Of a stretch of DNA of 64,000 nt, positions 58,901 through 64,000 are shown in pieces. The number at the start of each line of letters is the position of its first letter. Position 1 is the stretch's first letter. A model generated the notes under the pieces. It did not search any database. It saw only the letters and a program-made list of their open reading frames with translations, and had not been told where the DNA came from. The stretch comes from Octopus vulgaris (Eukaryota). The position numbers were made by a program, and so were the translations under genes. The stretch covers positions 51,398,001 to 51,462,000 of the forward strand of contig OX597830.1 of the NCBI GenBank assembly GCA_951406725.2, in the 5' to 3' direction.

Positions 58901-61900
58901 CCACAACAATACCAACAACCACAACAATACCAACAACCACAACAGAACCCACAACCACAACAGAACCCACAACCACAACAATACCAACCACCACAACAAT
59001 ACCAACCACCACAACAATACCAACCACCACAACAATACCAACAACCACAACAATACCAACAACCACAACAATACCAACAACCACAACAGAACCCACAACC
59101 ACAACAGTACCCACAACCACAACAATACCAACAACCACAACAATACCAACAACCACAACAGAACACACAATCACAACAGAACACACAACCACAACAGAAC
59201 ACACAACCACAACAGAAACCACAACCACCACAAATCCAACGACCACAACAATACCATCGACCACAACGGAACCCACAACCACAACAATACCAACGACCAC
59301 AACAATACCAACGACAACAACAATGCCAATAACCACAAGAGAAAACACAACCACAACAGAACCAACAACCACAATACCAACAGCCACAAAAGAAGCAACG
59401 ACCACAACAATACCAACATCTACAACAGAACCCACAACCATAACAGAACCCACAACCACAACAATGCCAACGACCACAACAATACCAACGACCACAACAA
59501 TACCAATAACCACAACAGAACCCACAACCACAGCAGAACTAACAACCACGATACCAACGACCACAACAGAACCCACAACCACAACAGAACCCACAACCAC
59601 AACAGAACCCACAACCACAACAGAACCCACAACCACAACAGAACCCACAACCACAACAATACCAACGACCACAACAATACCAACGCCCACAACAATACCA
59701 ATAACCACAACAGAACCCACGAACACAGCAGAACTAACAACCACAATACCAACGACCACAACAGAACCCACAGCCACAACCACAACAATGCCAACGACCA
59801 CAACAATACAAATAACCACAACAGAACCCACAACCACAGCAGAACTAACAACCACAATACCATCGTCCACAACAGAACCCACAACCACAACAATTCCAAC
59901 GACTCCAACAATACCAACGACCACAACAGAACCCACAACCACAACAGAACCAACAACCAGAACAATACCAACAACTACAACAATACTAACAACCACAACA
60001 GAACCCACAACCACAACAGAACCCACAACCACAACAGAACCCACAACCACAACAATACCAACAACCACAAAAGAACCAACAACCACAACAGAACCAACAA
60101 CCACAACAATACCAACAACCACAACAATACCAACAACCACAACAGAACCACAACCACAACAATACCAACCACCACAACAATACCAACAACCACAACAATA
60201 CCAACAACCACAACAATACCAACGACCACAGCGATGCCAACAACCACAACAATACCAATAACCACAACAGAACCCACAACAACAATACCAACAACCACAA
60301 AAGAAGCCACAACCACAGCAATACCAACAACCACAAAAATACTTACAACCACAACAATAACAACAACCATAACAGAACCCACAACCACAACAGAACCCAC
60401 AACAACAACAGAACCCACAACAACAACAATACCAACGACCACAACAATACCAACAACCACAACAGAACCCACAACCACAACAGAACCTACGACCACAACA
60501 CCAACGACTACAACAGAACCAACCACCGCAACCACAACAATACCAACAACCACAACAATACCAACAACCTCAACAGAACCCACAACCACAACAGAACCCG
60601 CAACCACAACAATACCAACAACCACAACAATACCAACAACCACAACAATACCAACAACCACACCAATACCCACAACCACAACAGAATACACAACCACAAC
60701 AGAAACCACAACCACAACAATACCATTAACAACAACAGAAGCCACAACCGCAACAGAACCAACAAACACAATACCAACAACCTCAAAAGAAGCAACAACA
60801 ACAATACCAACAACCACAACAATACCAACAACCACAACAGAACCCACAACCACAACAGAACTCACAACAACAACAGAACCAACAACCACAATATCAACAG
60901 CCACAAAAAAGCACAACAACAACAGAACCCACAACCACAACAGAACCCACAACCACAACAGAACCCACAACAATACCAATGACGACAACAATGCCAATAA
61001 CCACAACAGAACCAAAAACCACAACAGAATCAACAACCGCAATACCAACAACCACAAAAGAAGCAACAACCACAACAATACCAACAACCACAACAATACC
61101 AACAACCACAACAATACCAACAACCATAACAGAACCCACAACCACAACAGAACCCACAACCACAACAGAACCAACAACCACAACAAAACCAACAACCACA
61201 ACAATACCAACAACCACAACAATACCAACAACCACAACAGAACCCACAACCACAACAGAACCCACAACCACAACAATATCAACAACCACAACAATACGAA
61301 CAACCACAAAAGAACCAACATCCACAACAGAACCAGAATCTACAACAGAACCCACAACCACAACAGAACCCACAACCACAACAGAACCCACAACCACAAC
61401 AAAACCCACAACCACAACAATACCAACAACCACAACAGAACCAACAACCACAACAGAACCCACAACCACAAAAATACCAACAACCACAACAATACCAACA
61501 TCCACAACAATACCAACAACCACAACAATACCAACAACCACAACAACGCCAACAACAACAACAGAACCCACAACCACAACAGAACCCACAACCACAACAT
61601 TACCAACAACCACAACAATACCAACAACCACAACAGAACACACAACCACAACAGAACCCACAACCACAACAATTCCAACGACCACAACAATGCCAACGAC
61701 CACAACGGAACCCACAACCTCAACAATACCAACGACCACAACAATACCAACGGCAACAACAATACCAACAACCACAACAGAACACACAACCACAACAGAA
61801 CCAACAACCACAATACCAACTGCCACAAAAGAGGCAACAACCACAACAATACCAACATCCACAACAGAACCCACAACCACAACAGAACCCACAACCACAA

Positions 61901-63999
61901 CAATGCCAACGACCACAACAATACCAACGACCACAACAATACCAACGACCACAACAATACCAATAACCACAACTGAACCCACAACCAAAGCAGAACTAAC
62001 AACCACAATACCAACGACCACAACAGAACCCACAACCACAACAGAACCCACAACCACAACACTACCAACGACCACAAGAATACCAACGTCCACAACAATA
62101 CCAATAACCACAACAGAACCCACAATCACAGCTGAACTAACAACCACAATGCCAACGACCACAACAGAACACACAACCACAACAATGCCATTAACCACAA
62201 CAGAACCCACAACCACAGCAGAACTAACAACCACAATGCCATCGACCACAACAGAACCCACAACCACAACAGAACCCACAACCACAACAGAACCCACAAC
62301 CAATACAATTCCAACGACCCCAACAATACCAACGACCACAACAGAACCCACAACCACAACAGAACCAACAACCAGAACAATACCAACAACTACAACAATA
62401 CTAACAACCACAACAGAACCCACATCCACAACTGAACCCACAACAACAACAGAACCCACAACCACAACAATATCAACGACCACAACAATACCAACGACCA
62501 CAACAATACCAATAACCACAACAATACCAACAACCACAAAAATACCAACAACCACAACAGAACCCACAACCACAACAGAACCCGCAACCACAACAATACC
62601 AACAACCACAACAATACCAACAACCACAACAATACCAACAAACACAACAATGCCAACAACCACAAGAGAACCCACAACCACAACAGAACCTACAACCACC
62701 ACACCAACGACCACAACAGAACCGACAACCACAACAATACCAACAACAACAACAATACCAACAACCACAACAGAACCCACAACCACAACAGAACCCACAA
62801 CCACAAAAATAACAACGACCACAACAATACCAACGACCACAACAATACCAATAACCACAACAGAACCCACAACCTCAATACCAACAACCACAAAAGAAGC
62901 TACAACCACAACAATACCAACAACCACAACAATACCAACAACCACAACAATACCAACAACCACAAAAATACCAACAACCACAACAGAACCCACAACCACA
63001 ACAGAACCCGCAACCACAACAATACCAACAAACACAACAATGCCAACAACCACAAGAGAACCCACAACCACAACAGAACCTACAACCACCACACCAACGA
63101 CCACAACAGAACCGACAACCACAACAATACCAACAACCACAACAATACCAACAACCACAACAATACCAACAACCACAACAATACCAAAAACCACAACAGA
63201 ACCCACAACCACAACAGAACTCACAACCACAACAGAACCAAAAACCACAACAATACTAACAACCACCACAATACCAACAACCACAACAGAACCCACAACC
63301 ACAACAGAACCCACAGCCACAACTATACCAACGAACACAACAATACCAACGACCACAACAATACCAATAACCACAACAGAACCCACAACCACAACGGAAC
63401 CAAAAACCACAACAATACCAACGACCACAACAATACCAACAACCACAACAATACCAACGACCACAACAGAACCCACAACCACAACAATACCAACAACCAC
63501 AACAGAACCCACAACCACAACAGAACTTACAACTACAACAGAACCCACAAACACAACAGAACCCACAACCACAACAGTACTAATAACCTCAACAGAACCA
63601 ACAACCACAACGATACCAACAACCACAACAATACCAACAACCACAACAGAACCCACAACCACAACAGTACCCACAACCACAACAGAACCCAAAACCACAA
63701 CAATACCAACGACCACAACAATACCAACGACCTCAACAGAACCCACAACACCAGAAGCAACAACCACAAAAGAAGCAACAGCCACAACAATACCAACAAC
63801 CACAACAGAACACACAACTACAACAGAACCCACAACCACAACAATGCCAATGACCACAACAATACCAATAACCACAACAGAATCCACAACCACAGCAGAA
63901 CCAACAACCATAATACCAACAACCACAAAAGAAGCAACAACCACAACAATACCAACAACCACAACAGAACCCACAACCACAACAAAACCCACAAACACA
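2..63999 (+). CDS. Giant Thr-rich mucin-like (PTS-domain) glycoprotein, internal fragment, about 21,300 codons after correcting small indels; open at both window edges
   Basis: Continuous ACN-dominated codon periodicity across the whole window. The translation is Thr-dominated with Pro, Glu, Ala, Ile, Gln and Ser, and I saw no Cys or Trp. One Thr-rich frame can be followed end to end through 11 frame switches. No GT..AG intron with a polypyrimidine tract is visible. Confidence 0.85.
5078..5312 (+). repeat. 66-bp (22-aa) tandem repeat, about 3.5 copies, TTITTER(A/T)TxxxELTTNTTEPP
   Basis: Near-identical gaactgacaacaaacacaacagaaccgccaactacaatcacaacagaacga recurs at 66-bp spacing. Confidence 0.9.
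5687..6120 (+). other. Non-repetitive Ser/Glu-rich in-frame spacer (about 145 aa)
   Basis: Translation ILHTTNRMSL...IRYETSSNLETG...DETSEFSTHEESSNLAFPNSLPPTPSTEMYTSSQHITEDFSKHSTKFNIPANMTQEP. T and G content is visibly higher than in the flanks. Confidence 0.85.
6130..14965 (+). repeat. QTT-family array I: 48-bp (16-aa) unit, consensus TTTPxTTTQTTA(I/T)TDT
   Basis: Recurrent actacaacacaaactacagcaa(c/t)aacagataccactactac at about 48-bp spacing, most regular at 9130-14340. Rich in ACT codons. Confidence 0.92.
15686..15845 (+). repeat. 51-bp (17-aa) tandem repeat x3, RPTITTKQTKTTNPTTT
   Basis: aga cca aca ata acc at 15692, 15743 and 15794. The copies look identical. Confidence 0.93.
16330..20790 (+). 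repeat. QTT-family array II: 15/16-aa TSTTPATTSQTTATTG units with a 237-bp higher-order repeat
   Basis: actacatcacaaactacagca recurs every 45-48 bp. The MGSTYATPE marker occurs at 18131, 18368, 19031, 19268 and 19505, with a variant near 17896. Confidence 0.9.
21990..25060 (+). repeat. 21-bp (7-aa) minisatellite array A: gaa cca aca aca acc aca aca (EPTTTTT; variants EPTTTTA, EKITTTA, EQITTTT)
   Basis: Roughly 145 near-perfect tandem units, estimated from length, and entirely in frame. Confidence 0.95.
34921..35227 (+). CDS. Segments 2-3: EPTTTTT repeat continues in frame +1 (34921-34968), then frame +2 (34970-35227)
   Basis: Extra A at about 34969 (gaa cca A aca aca gcc). A further shift occurs at about 35228 (aca aca A aca aca gaa), where 'cc' of acc is missing. 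Confidence 0.7.
35229..37982 (+). CDS. Segment 4 (frame +3) of the mucin-like tract
   Basis: Thr-rich part of ORF 36513..38879 plus its open upstream frame. It ends at an extra A at about 37983 (gaa A cca). Confidence 0.8.
37984..49266 (+). CDS. Segment 5 (frame +1), about 3,760 codons
   Basis: ORF 38755..49332 plus its open upstream frame. The Thr frame is lost at about 49268 (gaa tcg ac- aca aca aca gaa), a 1-bp deletion. Confidence 0.85.
42410..48770 (+). repeat. 18/36-bp array: EPIPTT alternating with EQRITT, EQTTTT or EPATTT hexapeptides
   Basis: gaa cca ata ccc aca aca / gaa caa aga atc aca aca / gaa cca gca acc act aca recur in strict 18-bp register. Confidence 0.93.
49269..51512 (+). 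CDS. Segment 6 (frame +3)
   Basis: Thr-rich part of ORF 49419..52223. The shift is at about 51513 (aca acc A gaa cac), where sister units read acc aca aca gaa cac. Confidence 0.8.
51514..52990 (+). CDS. Segments 7-8: frame +1 (51514-52206), then frame +2 (52208-52990)
   Basis: Shifts at about 52207 (cca acg A aca acg ata) and about 52991 (aca ata A cca gca acc). The antisense Val-rich ORFs switch frame at the same points. Confidence 0.72.
52992..57989 (+). CDS. Segment 9 (frame +3)
   Basis: First Thr-rich part of ORF 53862..61976 plus its upstream frame. One extra base occurs at about 57990 (cca ata C cca aca acc). Confidence 0.8.
57991..60147 (+). CDS. Segment 10 (frame +1)
   Basis: Thr-rich part of ORF 58288..60261. 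A 1-bp deletion occurs at about 60149 (gaa cc- aca acc). Confidence 0.8.
60150..60908 (+). CDS. Segment 11 (frame +3)
   Basis: Second Thr-rich part of ORF 53862..61976. It ends at two 1-bp deletions at about 60909 and 60914 (aaa -aa gca -ca aca, versus aaa gaa gca aca acc in the sister copy near 58210). Confidence 0.78.
60916..63999 (+). CDS. Segment 12 (frame +1), 3'-partial, runs off the window
   Basis: IPTTTT/EPTTTT codons in frame +1 to the last base. It is mirrored by the single-frame antisense ORF 60894..63998 and is absent from the track because it has no stop. Confidence 0.8.
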
Positions 64000-64000
64000 A

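Larger units (their letters stand above)
50870..64000 (+). repeat. 18-bp (6-aa) array: IPTTTT (ata cca aca acc aca aca) interleaved with EPTTTT (gaa ccc aca acc aca aca), with 2.5-2.7 kb higher-order units
   Basis: Continuous to the window end. The rare marker IPMTTTMPI recurs at about 55791, 58282 and 60973. Confidence 0.93.

Noticed and set aside
34918-60915. Tiny introns, programmed ribosomal frameshifts or stop-codon reassignment explaining the frame switches
   Set aside because: There are no GT..AG pairs at the sites and no consistent slippery heptamer with downstream structure. Shifts go in both directions, and reading TAG as sense would not restore the Thr frame.
73-63998. Long minus-strand Val-rich ORFs (up to 3784 aa) resembling membrane proteins
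   Set aside because: They are codon-for-codon antisense shadows of the Thr frame (reverse-complemented ACA/ACC runs read as GTT/GTG Val in the offset frame). They switch frame at the same indels, and poly-Val of this length is not a plausible protein.
2-64000. Assignment to a named gene (MUC2, MUC5AC, MUC16, PRG4/lubricin, Drosophila Sgs glue proteins, antifreeze glycoprotein)
   Set aside because: The repeat units do not match those consensus repeats as I know them (e.g. KEPAPTT, PTTTK, AAT, TTSTTSAP), and no diagnostic domain is in the window. The similarity is only compositional.

Overview
The whole 64 kb window is the interior of one enormous threonine-rich, mucin-type (PTS) coding tract on the + strand. 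Neither the start nor the end of the gene is in view, and I see no intron, intergenic DNA, RNA gene or mobile element. Frame +2 is stop-free from base 2 to 34918 (11,639 codons). After that the same Thr/Pro/Glu peptide continues to base 64000 through 11 frame-switch sites, each a small indel inside a repeat unit. Stitched together this gives about 21,300 codons in which I saw no Cys, no Trp and no globular domain. The tract is built from four repeat families: 16-aa QTT units, 7-aa EPTTTTT, 12-aa EPIPTTEQxxTT and 6-aa IPTTTT/EPTTTT. These are separated by degenerate spacers and carry nested higher-order duplications from about 50 bp to 2.7 kb. The minus-strand Val-, Leu- and Cys-rich ORFs and the + strand Gln/Asn ORFs are shadows of this A/C-rich repeat. 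The source is probably a eukaryote, likely an animal, but I cannot identify the organism or gene from this window. Whether the frameshifts are real or long-read consensus errors cannot be settled without reads.
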